DNA of 64,000 nt, taken from contig NC_042999.1 of NCBI RefSeq assembly GCF_006345805.1, positions 90,210,001-90,274,000 on the forward strand, written 5' to 3'. A program made the translations under genes and the position numbers. This document shows, one piece after another, positions 21,240-34,919 of this stretch. The notes beneath the pieces are model-generated. The model worked only from the letters and a program-made list of their open reading frames with translations. It was not told the DNA's origin and searched no databases. Position 1 is the first letter of the stretch. Each line of letters begins with the position of its first letter. This DNA is from Octopus sinensis (lineage: Eukaryota).

Positions 21240-22560
21240 TGCTCTTCTCGACCTTGCTGAATTTATTCCACTCTTAACTGCTTCTCCTTTTCTCAGAATT
21301 TTTACCAGTTGATCACTGGTGTGTTCATGGGTACCAAGCTGGGCCCTAACTATGCCAATTTGTTAGCTTGGTCACGTTGAATACCAAATCTATTTCACCA
21401 GATCTACAACCCTTACCAGTAAACAGCTTAACTTTTCCATCACTTTTGACAACTTTTGTCATGATATTGTAGATAATTCTCGTCATATGCTAGTTGTATT
21501 ACTCAGAGTCGATTAGTAATGTAGATGAATTGTTAGAAAGAGATAGTGGATTTAGTGTGAGTGGAGTGGTAAGTGATAAAGTAGTAAAAGGTGGAGACAT
21601 TGGGGTAATCATTAGAAACAGATTGTCCATAAATTTCACAGAAGTAGTAGTGATGGTGATTGTGATATCTAAGGTAGGGTAGAACCCTACCTTAGATATC
21701 ACAATCACCATCACTACTACTTCTGTGAAATTTATGGACAATCTGTTTCTAATGATTACCCCAATGTCTCCACCTTTTACTACTTTATCACTTACCACTC
21801 CACTCACACTAAATCCACTATCTCTTTCTAACAATTCATCTACATTACTAATCGACTCTGAGGCTCAGTCATACCACATAGTTCACTACTTCTTAAGAGT
21901 GGCTGCCCACAACTAATCATTGATACTGCTTACCACTGAATGCTCATGCTACTACTCTTCTACTTTGTTTGTTCAACTTCCAACCATTTTCGCTCTTCAC
22001 TCACCTACATTTCTTCTCTTTTACCTCTCCAGAGCACCATCCCATGGAACTTTTGTCTCTTTTAGTCTGACATCACTTCCTACATTTTGCTCTATATAAC
22101 CTTTCTCTTCCTTCAGTGGATTTTTCTGTTTGCTCCTGTTGCAACATCTGTCTCTCTACCCAAGACCTTACGACCTTGCACCATGTACACCATTTACTGC
22201 ATAAGATAAAACTCTGTGGTTTGTGGTATATTGTAAAGACTAGATCAACAGTTCATTTTGGAGAACACCTTTTAGATGTTCAACACAAGAGCATCAGATT
22301 TTTCCAACTTGCAAACTATCACATTAATTTTTCTGGTACCTCTGCTTGCATCTCACCATCTTTAATGTTTTTACCCCAAGGATCTCCTGTTTCATATTTG
22401 TATTATGAACAATTGATTTTTCATTGAAACAGCCTATCAAGTTGAGGTTAATAATCAAGTTGCCTATCTCTAATAATATTGCCTTCCCCTTAACACTACC
22501 ATACACTGATAAATACCCTCCTGTGCACTTTATCTAGCAAAGCATACTATTATGATTTGT
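21240..22560 (+). mobile_element. Decayed Penelope-like element, RT plus GIY-YIG endonuclease (plus strand)
   Basis: 'FMGTKLGPNYANL' (MGTxMGPSYANL), 'PYLDITI' (LPFLDI) and 'KLCGLWYIVKTRSTVHFGEHL' (GIY-YIG CxxCxxxYIGxT..RFxEH). Confidence 0.75.
21502..21862. repeat. Perfect palindrome: 179-bp arms (21502-21680 / 21684-21862), 3-nt spacer AGA
   Basis: Base-by-base comparison found no mismatch. Confidence 0.95.
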
Positions 22561-23116
22561 TCATACCACCTGCATAGTAGTACATTACCTCATCACTATT
22601 TTCATCTACTCTCTAGAACATACTCAAGCTTATACATCTCATTTATCTCATTCAGCTCTGAAACATTAGGCTGAAAAGCACCATTCTACACACTGCCATT
22701 ATATCCACTTCAATTTTCATTTGCCACAGTCGCTTCGCTGTAAAACATTACAATTCATATAGCATTTTCTTTCTTCTTTAATGCTCCAATAAAAGACTAC
22801 AGTGTGAAATTCTGGCTCCTGCATTCCTTCTAAATTTATGTTCCAGATTATCATTATAAATATATGCACACACACACACACACACAGACATAGTTGCACA
22901 TGTATATTTACACAAAGCACACATAACTATAATTAAACATTTCATGATTTAATATCACATTACCTAGTGTAGCCATAGTCTTTCAGATGTGTTTATGAGA
23001 GATCTCACAGGTGAAACTTAGATGCAGTAGTGGATCAGTAATTGTTTATTTACTATTATAAATATAATAAACTCTACAGAATGTATTGATTTTCTTTTGT
23101 TTATGGCTGTGTACAT

Positions 23117-23176
<60 letters not shown>

Positions 23177-26100
23177 TCAGCACAACATGTATTTATAGTG
23201 AATGTATAATGAAATGTGAAAATTGACGATTTAAAGTCTGTTCTCAACATATTGGCAGAGAAATAATTTTTCTTCTGCCCTTGTTTATATATAGATAAAT
23301 AGATTGATAGATATGTGCAAACATTTTTACAGGCATAACCATGACATGTTACTTGTGTGAAAATTAGGTTGATAGATGTAATCAATCGAGAAAATACCTT
23401 ACATTAATTTCTTTAAGTTGCATCATTAACAAATCTTTATTTTGTTGGTATAAGAAGACTGTGGAGAAAGTGATAGCTGAAGCTTTGATTGGTTTATTGC
23501 TAAAGAAGAGCTTAAAAAGTTTTAATTTTTTTATGCAGAGTATTAGAACTGATTAATTGTTGGTAGTAATTTATGTAGTGGTATGTATCATTTTAGAAGT
23601 TACTCATCCACTTGTAGTAAATAGTGAAATCACATAATAATGAAGTAGGAGAGTACTTCATTGTATAGAATGTATAGATTAGATTGAATTTCTAGGTATA
23701 AAGTATATCTTACACCATTGACAATGTGCTTTTTTGGTCAACAAATACAGAAACCAAGTATATGAGGAAAGAGTTAGAAAGCCAATGCTTTGACAGAGTT
23801 CGTTAACGAAACATACATATAGGGAACATACACATAAAATTGTTCTGGAATGTGATAAAGGTCACCATACATTATTATCATTATTATTATTATTATTAAA
23901 ATAGTTCTACTATTCTGACAGAAATAGTAATAATAACAACAAGGTTTCAAGTCTAGCTGATATTAGCTGTAAAGCAGAATTTACAGAATTTCTTGTCTAA
24001 CTGAACAGACAGCTACTTGACACCTAGGTTAAAAAATACAAAGTTTTCTCATCTGGTCTCTGCTAGCTCCTACTCTGTCTCACCAAACCACAATTTAATA
24101 AATGCTCACAAGTGAAAGGGCAAAAAGGGAACTGAAGTATATCAGTTGAATAGTAAGGAAAAAATTAATGATTATATATAGGAGTATAAAGTTGAGTCAG
24201 TCAGTAAAATGCCTGAAAATACTGACATTGAATTCAGAATTGTCACTGAATAAAGAGAAAATTCTGGCCATTAGTGACGAGAATTATCTACAATATCATG
24301 ACAAAACCGGTTCAATTTGACAAAACTCTATAATATTCTATGCTAGTTGTATTACTCGGGATTATAAATGCTAATGGCATCAATTAAGTATTTAATTTAA
24401 ACCATATAACTTAAGTGTTCAGAACTGCAAATATGCAATTGTGTATTATTGTCACAGAGAGATAGTTAAATAAGTGTGGTAGGTAGGTGAGTTGGTTACA
24501 TCTAAATGTAATGAGATACTACAATTTTATTGCTGCTTACAGCTCTACACATCATAGGAGATTTTTTTTTTCCGGAAAAGTGAGTCTGATAGTCATTACA
24601 ATCCAGCAGAATCAATCGTTGAAAGGTGTTGGTCCAATATTAGTGATGGAAATGATAACAACAGCAATGGTAGATTCAACAGCAAGAGTAACAGCAGCTT
24701 TGTTACTACCTACATAAGGGACTGGGCAAATTAATCACCTCTATTAACTCTTCAAATAGCAAAGGAATAAAAAGGTTAACAGAAATAAACATTACAATTA
24801 CTAGAGAGTAAGTAGTAGCAGGGTATATAGTGGGGAAGGGAAGAATGGTGGTAAATTTAGCACCAATATTTGGGAAATGTTTCACTTCAACTTTATTAAT
24901 TAAAATAGTTTAGAATTTAAGTTTACTATTTCTGAGTTAAATGCAAACACAAATTACACATTAAGACAGGAAAGAAAAAAAGGGGTTAATTTCTAATACA
25001 GAGATTATAGAATAAATTAAACCTCTTAATTCGTAAAGACTAACACATATATTTCACATTTGTTTGCATAGTATGTTGTAGTTAAAAGGCGCAGAAAGTT
25101 TTGAAAAGGAAATAAAACGATTCATTTTTCTGAAAATCTGATTAATGTATAAATTACTGTTTAGAAGGAAAATAGTTCAAATTAAGAAAAGATATGTGAA
25201 TATAGCTCTTTGATTGTGATTTAAACTAAGGCTATGTTCATCACATCTTTATAAAGTAAGGATATTACTGAAACTCATTTTTTATCACTTTTGCAAATGT
25301 ACACACAATTCATAAGCTACAAGCATTTTATCAGTGTTTACAAGATAACATTTGATTGAGAAAAATATATATGTAATAACAATTATACTTTGATGATAGA
25401 TTATTATAATTATCATCATTTTTAAAAAATAAAGTATACATATCTATAGTATCTACTAAGGTCTAAATAAGACCCTGAGGTAGTATCATTTCACAAGACT
25501 GAAGGAGACATGTTCCACAAGGTACCTTCAGCACATGTGTGTTTGAGATTATTTCATAAAGAATATTTATATTTAACTCAACAATGTTCTGAGTCCCTTT
25601 ACTTCATTCTTATTATTTTTCTCTTGCATTACAAATTATCATTATTAAGTTAAAAGCACAAACAATAGAATTATTTTCAGATAGGTAAAGATTAAAGATT
25701 AGTAAAGAAATTTGAGAACACTCTAATTTGAAAATTAACTTAAAAAACAAGGAATGTTTAACAATAAAACAAAAAAAAAAAACAAAACAAACTAATAGAT
25801 TTGTTGCTGTATTGATCTCAGCTTCTTTGATGAATCAATTGATTTGTTAACTATGAAAATCAGAATTGCTCAAAAATTTTTCAAGCCCTTAGACATACAT
25901 CCTTTTAGTCATCACAAGATATCTTGTGATTAGAGCTGAAGGAGTTATTTTTACACACACAAAATCTTTCCTGTTTTGCTCACTGCACATAGTTTAAATT
26001 GCTAGTAGCAGCACACCATGATTTATAATAGTTTTAACAATTAAATTTTATTCTTCATTGCACATAATTTGACACTGATGTAAAATGCCTGGCTGCTTCA

Positions 26101-26425
26101 CAACCTAACATTATTTAGTTAGTTTACAGTAATAAAAAAATATCAATTTATTTAAAGAGAAAATAAATTTAAATATGTATATATATATATATATATATAT
26201 ATCAGTCAATAGAGAAATTCACATCATTACTGACTTACGTTGATTATATATAGGAAAGCAAAAAAAAAAGAATATATACAGTGTATTAGCTGAATTGGCT
26301 TTCATATAACAGTTACTAGTTCTTTGTGGAATGACAAAGCTTAATGATAAAAGAATAGATTAAGTCAAAGACCACATTTTGTATAAAGGTCTAGTGAGCA
26401 GTAGTTACTTCATTAGTACTCTTAC

Positions 26426-26650
26426 CTAGGTTAGTCAAAGCTACAGCTGGTGAAGGGCAAGGAGGAGAACAGCGAGGGCTGGAAGTGTTTGTTCTAGGGG
26501 AGCCTTTAGCTGAGGATTGTAAAATATTACATATAACTGAGCTATTATTGCTGTTACTAATGTTGCTACTACCATTGTTGTTGCTGTAGTCCTTGTTGAG
26601 ACATTCTAATGAATGTACTTTAGTCAACTTTCCATTCTCTATCCCAGCAG
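26426..26650 (-). CDS. Coding exon (phase 1 to 1, 225 nt), N/S-rich and S/P-rich: (T)AGIENGKL...SPRCSPPCPSPAVALTNL
   Basis: Acceptor cttctcttatgtag|, donor |gtaaga; lies inside supplied ORF 26391..26672. Read-through to TAG 26391 is an alternative end. Confidence 0.8.
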
Positions 26651-29600
26651 CTACATAAGAGAAGACACACAAAACTGCATAACAGATCTGGTCAGCCTGA
26701 AATGAAAAATATAAACATTTTTATTATTATTGAATATTTCATTAAGAAATTAATTACTGCAACTGTAGCTACAAGTTACAAATATTTTAGTTATATGCAG
26801 AGAAATTTGTTTTGTAATATCAAGAAAAGCTTTAATATATAAGCTGTTACTGATTGAAATCTGGATGTAAATTTCTTAAATTGGTAAAATACATTTTAAA
26901 ATTAGAACTAAACAATTTTATTGGTACATTATCTAAGTTGCTTACTGATTAATGTTTTTTGAACATTATATCAATTTTTAACATAATTTTAGTAAAACTT
27001 AATGTTAATTTTTATCCTAAGAAATTGTCACTGAAAGTGAAAATAATCAAGAAATAACTCTAGAAACCAGACATGTATTATGAATCTCTAAATAAATTAA
27101 TTTCAGCTACTGAAGTAAGTGACATGATCTCTTTTTGAAAGTAAGTTTTGCTAATGTCTACATAATTTTATGAAGATTAAAATGCGGATTTGAAAAAACA
27201 CAAGTAGTTTGATATAATCAAGCAATATATTTCAGCTGAAAAGGCTGGTGAAGCATATATTTTGGCAGTTTATACAGGTATAATTATTATATATTAATAT
27301 TACATACTTAAGATGAATTAAAAGCAAGGGGGAACAAATGAACTATTGAAATTCAACAATATTATAACTGGCAGATGATATATATATAAAAATTAATAAG
27401 AAATACTGATATAAATTATAGGTAAATGTTATATGATCACGCCATTAATTTAAAACTGAGGAGAAAGAAATGAAATATATAATCAAAAGTCAGGTTTAGT
27501 ATAAGCAGAAATAATATGGTTTAGGTTATGATAAACTGAACGATGGATCAATGTCAGAAACATTAAAAAAAACCCAGTAAAACCTAAACAAGTTTGTTAG
27601 TTGTCAACGCTAGTTAGTTAAATGCAAATAATGATGGGGTTTTATCGAATGGAATCTTTTAGTTCAGCAGTATTTTATCCAAAGAAATATTAACTTTTTA
27701 AAATACTATATAAGATCTTTAAGACCTATTTTAATGAAAACCACAAGAATACAAGGTGAATATATGTCAAAATTGATAAAACATTGGAAAAATACCTTTC
27801 AGAATTTTGGTTACATTATGAGTTCAAATCCTACAAGATCTACTTTATTTTACATCCTTCTACAGTCAATAGAAATAAGTACAGAATACCAATGTGATTG
27901 ACTATAGCCTATAAGACTGTTCCCCAGCATTGCCAAAATCAGTAAATAGATAAAAACATGTGATAATATTGTATACATATTAACTCCCATTTGTAGAGGT
28001 TTATTATTACTTGTCATAAATAGTTACACAAAGTGCATAATTCAAAAGTAGGAACCTGTGAAAAAGCACACAATTTTCTTAAGAATGTATGGTTAGGACT
28101 GTCATGAGAAATCCATTTAAAGATAATTTCTGATAACTAAAATTTCAATTAATGGAAAACTCTCTCAAAGAGTCTATACTTTGCAGATGCTGGTGCTTAA
28201 ACAAATTACATCTGGACCAGAAAAGCCAGACTAATGATGGTAGCTAGAAAGTCTAGCTAGGTTATTTTACAAGAATTTTACATTCAAAATAGTTGTATAT
28301 GGGGCTATGAGATCAAACTGATTTGTTTCTAGGTGCAATACTTTATTTTACATTGCTCCATTTCATCTGGCCATATGAAATTGGAATCACTTTATTTGGG
28401 GAAGTGCAGTAGACTATCATCCTACCCAACAGCTAATTTACTACACATCTATATGGTTAACACTAATGAATCTTGCCTTAAGCACTAGCTATACATATAT
28501 TTGCTATTTCTGAAAAAAAAAAGCAGAAGATAAACAAAGTAAAAAATGAAAATGTAGGGTATCATAATCATCATCATTTTACATCAGCCTTCCATGCTGG
28601 CATGGCATGCAGTTCTAATTAAAATAACTATCCAGTGAGAAATTAATCTATCATTCACTTAAAACCAGAGTTAAACACTGGTCCATAAGAACTACAGAAG
28701 GCATTATATTAAATCAAGTTAGGAAGCATTATTTAGATGTTTCATAGTCTATGAATAAAGCAAGAAGAAGGGGAAGAAGAAAACAATGGACATTCATCCA
28801 AGTAAAGAGTTAAAGTTATTAAAAGAACAGTTAAACAGTGAAAATTATTAAACTGTCTCTCTCATATTTTCCTAACATTTTACTTGTTACTTTACTATTA
28901 GCTGAGTGGAAGTAGGTTTTTCAGAAATAATGTTCATTGTTAAATACCTAGTAAAATTATTGTAAAGTAGCACTAAGTCACTATCCTTTTTAAATGCTGT
29001 TATTCTTGTATTTCCTTATATGAGGAGCTTATTTTCAAAATTGGTGTAAGTGCATATTTAGTTGATTTCATAACAATTAAAATACAATCTGCAAGCTCCT
29101 GGCTTCACACATGTGAAATTTTATTCAGTCAAACTGTGATAGATGCCATATAGACAGTAAGTGAATCTTAGTCTTCCAATCAAAATCAGATATACTGAAG
29201 TTGTTGTTTCCTCAATTACTCAAAAGTTACTCTGATGCATTTATCTTGTTTTGAAAGTAAGCTCTTCATATATGTATGTGTATTTATGGCTCCCTAATTA
29301 CTATCTTCGATGTCCCCATGCCTGATGCTTTCTAAGAACAAAATACATGTCTATTAGTTATTGTTGTTTTTTTTTTTTTGCTCTAAATTAGCACTGATTG
29401 AGCAGCTCTATAGGCATAGGTGTACATCTGCCATGAAAATGACATTTTAAGATGCAAATTCTAGTAATTCAATACTCTAAAATTCTAGACTTACATTATC
29501 ATTATTGTCCATTTATTGATGCTATTATTAGGAGGATAAGTCTCCAAATATTCTCATATATCTTGAACATGCTTCAACTCAAGAAAGTCTTACTTTTACT

Positions 29601-29851
29601 CATGCCTTTCTCACTTTAACTCTACTATGAGCACATTAAACAAAACATAGCAAATAGTTTTGTTTCTATCAACATTTTTATATCTTAGATGAATAATTAT
29701 TTTGTCTATTTATTCTAGTTAAAATGACTGTTCTATTATTGAAATTGCTCTTGAAACTATAAGTATATACATTGCTGTTATGGTGAGTAAAAGAGAGAGT
29801 AATATATATATATAATATATATATATATAATATATATATATAATTAGATAG

Positions 29852-29902
<51 letters not shown>

Positions 29903-30033
29903 TGAGAGAGAAAGAAAGAGAGAAAGAGAGAGAGAGTGAGAGAGAAAGAGAGAGAGATCAGTTTAATAAGTTTTCAGTATTCAAATGAAAAAGTTACTGC
30001 ACAAAAGCCAGTGTCAAGTTAAGTATGTCCTAC

Positions 30034-30124
30034 TCTTTATACAATAGGTGGATTTCTTTGAGCTTGAGCTCATTGCCATATGTTTCGCAAAGACACGGTG
30101 AACCATTAAAACCATCTGATTGGC
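30034..30124 (-). CDS. Coding exon (phase 0 to 1): ANQMVLMVHRVFAKHMAMSSSSKKSTYCIK
   Basis: Acceptor ttctttatctttag|, donor |gtagga, 91 nt; phases fit both neighbours. Confidence 0.75.
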
Positions 30125-31807
30125 CTAAAGATAAAGAAAGATTATGTTTCACAACAATTTTATGTACAAAGATATTCTGAATTGATTCAATACCATATTT
30201 ATTCATGCATACAATGCACATTTTTTAATCAAATTTTTAAAACTGGAAACCTGTTTTTTCTTTCATTAAAGATTTCCATTTATGCAATTGATGCCCCATG
30301 AAATTAAATACAAAATATGAAATGTAGTTGTTTAAAATGCTTTTCACTTTCAGAAAATGTAAAATGTTGTTTCAAATAAATTAAGATTCTGATTTTATGA
30401 AGTTTTCTATTTGAAAATTTTCAAAAGGTGGGATAGAGTAAAAATTAGCATGGCTTATACATAAAGAACAGTGAAAATTAATTTTTGCATATTTATAATC
30501 TCTTGTTTAAAAGAGTGATGTTTGGTTTAAAATATGACTAACAGAGCTACCTTTTTATACCAGGTATATTATATTAGTAAAAAACAAATGGGAGTGATTT
30601 GAATATCCTATTTCTAACATGCTTAGCTATTCAATAAAAATAGATGCATACTTAAAATAGTAAGGTGTGATTAGAGAGAGATTTAACTGTTCTTTGTTAA
30701 GTAAACCAAAAGCAGTCCAAAAGGGATCTGTTAGAGTGACATCATTTTTAATGTTTATAGGATATAAACATACACGAGAGTTACAGTTGCTTTATATATA
30801 GTAACACATAAGGGATTCAACATTAGAAAACAGTTTTCAATTTAGATTGTGTGTCGATAAATTTGCATGAAGATTCTTGAATTTGTACTCATTTACAGAT
30901 TTCATTATTGTTGTTCTTTAGCCCTAAGTCACTCAAAAGATAGATAATTTTCTGCAAAGAGCATTAAATATATATATTAATAATACTGAATGTAATTTCC
31001 CCAATAGTAGCATTACAGTATAGGAATAATTTTACAGCTTACATAAGTAAAGTTCAAATGTTACTTCCAAATTTGTCTTGTTTAAAATACATGAACTCTT
31101 TGTATTGCAGTTTCTACAGCCTTTATATATATTTTCAAATTTTTTTCATACATCATAATACTCAAGAAAAGTCTGTGCATATTGTACATGAGAGATATTT
31201 TTCATTCCCCATAATTAGGTTTGTGCATTACACAAGAATAAATACAGAATTCATCATACTATACCTGATAAAGTTACAATGATATCATAAACAAAAGGTT
31301 ACCATTGCCATTAATCTAACTTACAAATTTGATATCTAATAAAGAATTTAGATAAAGTCACCTAAAATATAATTTTTATATTATCAAGTACTTTTTCTTA
31401 TTTTTATGGTGATTTACAGCAATTCTATTATACTGAGAGACATTTTCAATGAGGGATTTATTTCCAGGATAGTTATTAATATTTTTCCAATAGTTACATT
31501 GACACACATATTAATATGTAATTTTACAACTTTGTGAGTTTTAAGCAGATATAAAGACATTGTAAATGATGCTTACTAACACAAAAACTGTTCTTTGACA
31601 AAAGGTTTTGTAAATCTATAAAATATTCTATGATGGAAATTTCATGGAAGGATTCTCATTTAAGAAAACAAAATGCATAAAAGTAATGACAAGGATAATA
31701 AAAAGCAACTGATCCTGGCACAAATGTACTAGTTAAGGCAATTTGAGAAAAACAAATGCTTCTTTAATTGTAATCAAGTACTAGAATCATATACTAAAAG
31801 GAAAAAT

Positions 31808-31913
<106 letters not shown>

Positions 31914-32629
31914 CCCTGTGTATGTGTGTGTGTGTGTAAACATACACATACTATGACTAAGATAAAAGAAACAACATTAGAGTCTATATCAATAACAGAA
32001 ATCTGAACATAGTGAACAAAAATAAACATAATATAAACACACACTAGGTAAGAAAGGAGAGAAAGAAAATGCAATAATACTTTCTGCATAACTTAGTATA
32101 ACTTGTAAAGGAGTTTGCCAACATAATCAAAACCTTAGCAAATGGAATGCTTCTGGTATTGATAAACAGAAACCAGAATTAACAATGTATGATAAAGAGA
32201 TGATAAAAACCAACTCTAACCCTGTAAGAAGAGGAATTTTCCAGCCTTTATCTCCACTATTTTTTCTCTATCTCTGACTGTATTACAAAGGATGTTCAGT
32301 GAAAATAACAGTTAAAATGTTGAGAAAAAATTAAAAAATATCTCTTCTATATGGTTGATCTAAAAGCATATACAAGACACAAACAAGGCATTCAATAGTG
32401 TTAAGTTTTGAGGGGTATAGAATTATTTCTCAGTCATCACTAATCCTAGGTCTGTTCCTGATCCTAGTTGCTAGCACCTGTCGAGGAACCCAATAATGAG
32501 TCAATTAGGAGAAGCTGGTTCTGTGGTTTAAGCATATAGGACTCAAGAAGACTGATTCTTAGACATGTAACACAGAGGCCTTTCAGTGCATAGATTTGCT
32601 CAGGTGGCATGTGAATAAGTCACCCAAAT

Positions 32630-33210
32630 CTAAGCTAGAGAGAGCAGTAAACTAGCAAAGTTAACTAAACTGGCAAGAGACAATAGGAAATCACTGCTGT
32701 ATCTTTCCCAAGAAACAACACAAATCTTCAAACTTTGGCATGTTAGCATTATGTATGAAAAGTAAGAGAAGGGACTATATCTATTGGAGGACCTATTAAA
32801 AAGTAGATCCAACAGTAATATCAAAATGGGTACAGGATTAGACAAATATTTCAAAGTTACTCAAAGAAGATGAACACTAATTTTGAACTTGAAACATCAA
32901 GATAATTAAAACAGAGATGTAGGGCAGAACCAGTCATTTGGAGTTGTTGCTTAATCCCAGGTAAATCTTCATGAAGCAAGCTCAAGATGAAAGATGTTTC
33001 AACCATAGACATTATGACTTGTTTTTCAAACAGTGCATCCAGTACAACATTATTGAATAAGTCCTTCCTATTTTTAGATGGTAGCTTGTTATTTGCAAGG
33101 AACTTAGAGGTCAACTGTAACAGGTCAAGTGATTATAGAGAAGCTCTTTCATTAGCTTGTAGTAATGAGGGTGTTGCTGTTCAGCCCTGGGCTGCCCTCA
33201 AAGAGACCTG
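32630..33210 (-). mobile_element. Decayed LINE reverse transcriptase remnant
   Basis: 'SLLHEDLPGIKQQLQMTGSALHLCFNYL' resembles the RT segment FDxVxHxxLLxKLxxxGIxGxxLxWIxSYL; stops on both sides. Confidence 0.45.
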
Positions 33211-34388
33211 ATTTTTCAAGTATAGTATATCTAAAACTATATTATCTAATGTATTTCTCCCATTTCTAAATGGTAGGATGTAGTATAAAAGTGATTTGGC
33301 TGCTACTTCTAACAGGTCAATATATAGGCTCCCTCATGGAAATACTTAGGAATAGATAAAACTAAGATACAACATAGAGTAATGAAAAAGAAAATTAAAG
33401 AGTACTGCCACCCAACCCCGCCAAAAATCCCTGAAATACTAGAAATAAGACTAGAATAGTCTAGTAATCCCAGATATAATCTACAGCTTCAAACTGAAAA
33501 CTGATTAAACATTCAGTGCATTAAAAACCCAATTCTTCTATCTAAAAAGCTCATATCAGTGCATCATACACACTAACACAAAAAAAATTAGTCTGATATA
33601 GTAATCACAGTGGGGCTAGAAAAATATTTACAAATAAGGAAAAGTAGACTAATGTAATACAGCACAAATTTTTCTTTACAGACACAGTGATAATTAAATG
33701 CAAACTAGAAGTTAATTACACAAAAGAAACAGGTTCAAATAAAGGCAACAAAAAAAAGTAGAAAAGTTAACAATAAAATGCAGAGAAAATCACTCTATGG
33801 GTCAGTATGATGCAAGACTGGAACAAGGAGGAAATGGATCAATATGAGCTAGACAGAAATGCAAGATACAATTTTTAACTATACTAGATCAATGCATAAC
33901 TACAACAAACCCTCAGAATAAAATTATTTATTATAAAAGTACATTATTCAACTATATTTAGTAGAATTATTGAAGAACTATGTTGAGCTGTAGAAAATTT
34001 ATTTCTGCTTGTTTCACAATAACAGAATCATATGAGATGATAAAACAGTAAATTAGGTTGAAATGCAAATAATTTTTTTAACATTCTATAATCTACTCCG
34101 TATTTCCACTCAGTATTCAAATCCTTAATTCAGAACCAATCTTTTGGCATTGTTCAGTAAATATGAAGAATTATAACTCAAACTGAATAAGATTAGTTTG
34201 CAAGAATTCCCATTTCCCATCGACTTGCTTAATCTCTCTATTTTTATTAAATATAATTTTATTCACCACATTTATAAATAATTTCATTTGTTTTGATCTT
34301 GGGATTAATTTGGATTAATGTGAAATGGAAACCAATAAAAATAGAATCATCAGAGTACAGCCTTACAAACTGGAATGTAGCAACTTAC

Positions 34389-34435
34389 CATGCTGGATTT
34401 AAACTTATGAGGAATCACTTGCCTAGTTTTGGGAT
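34389..34435 (-). CDS. Coding exon (phase 1 to 0): (D)PKTRQVIPHKFKSSM
   Basis: Long pyrimidine tract then cattacag|, donor |gtaagt; only one open frame; phases fit 56800 and 30124. Confidence 0.8.
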
Positions 34436-34919
34436 CTGTAATGACAAAAATAAAAAAAAAAGAAAGAAAAAAGAAAAGAACATTGAATTTTTTAGTGATT
34501 TCATTTTTTCTGTTTTAGACATACCATAGAATAAATAATTATCAATTGGAATCTCCTTGATATGCATAATTCATATAAACTCCTCTAATATAAAAAGTAT
34601 TAATCTATAATCTGCTGAACTTATGCTTACACAAGTGGTGTAACATTTTGTTCAATTTTCACAGCAAGGCTAAAATTATGCTTACTTAAAAAGGTATGCT
34701 TTACATTTCAAACTAATGGAAAAAGTATATGCACATTTGAGCTTTTTGCTTTCAGCTATTGTAAATATTTGAAATAATAGGTGCTGTGATGCACAAGTGT
34801 TTATAAGATGACTCATTCTATCACCTACGTTTGATTCATTATGTAGAATTTACATTATTTTTTTTATGAAGATTATAAAATCGTGAACCACAGAGAGACA
34901 AATGTTAAATAGCCATCTA

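Noticed and set aside
21494-21916. ORFs MYYSESISNV..., MLERDSGFSV..., MKFMDNLF...
   Set aside because: Products of the palindromic duplication of decayed PLE sequence.
24559-24737. N/S-rich open frame on + (…SDGNDNNSNGRFNSKSNSS…) and a possible minus acceptor tatgtag| giving GSNKAAVTLAV...FND*
   Set aside because: AAC/AGC-rich sequence is open in several frames on both strands and the strand cannot be decided. It remains a possible alternative terminal exon.
27236-27277. + strand 42-nt candidate exon (A)EKAGEAYILAVYT(G)
   Set aside because: Weak donor (gtataa), no linked partner exons, and antisense within another gene's intron.
32987-33211. + strand ORF MKDVSTIDIM...
   Set aside because: Antisense of the decayed LINE RT.
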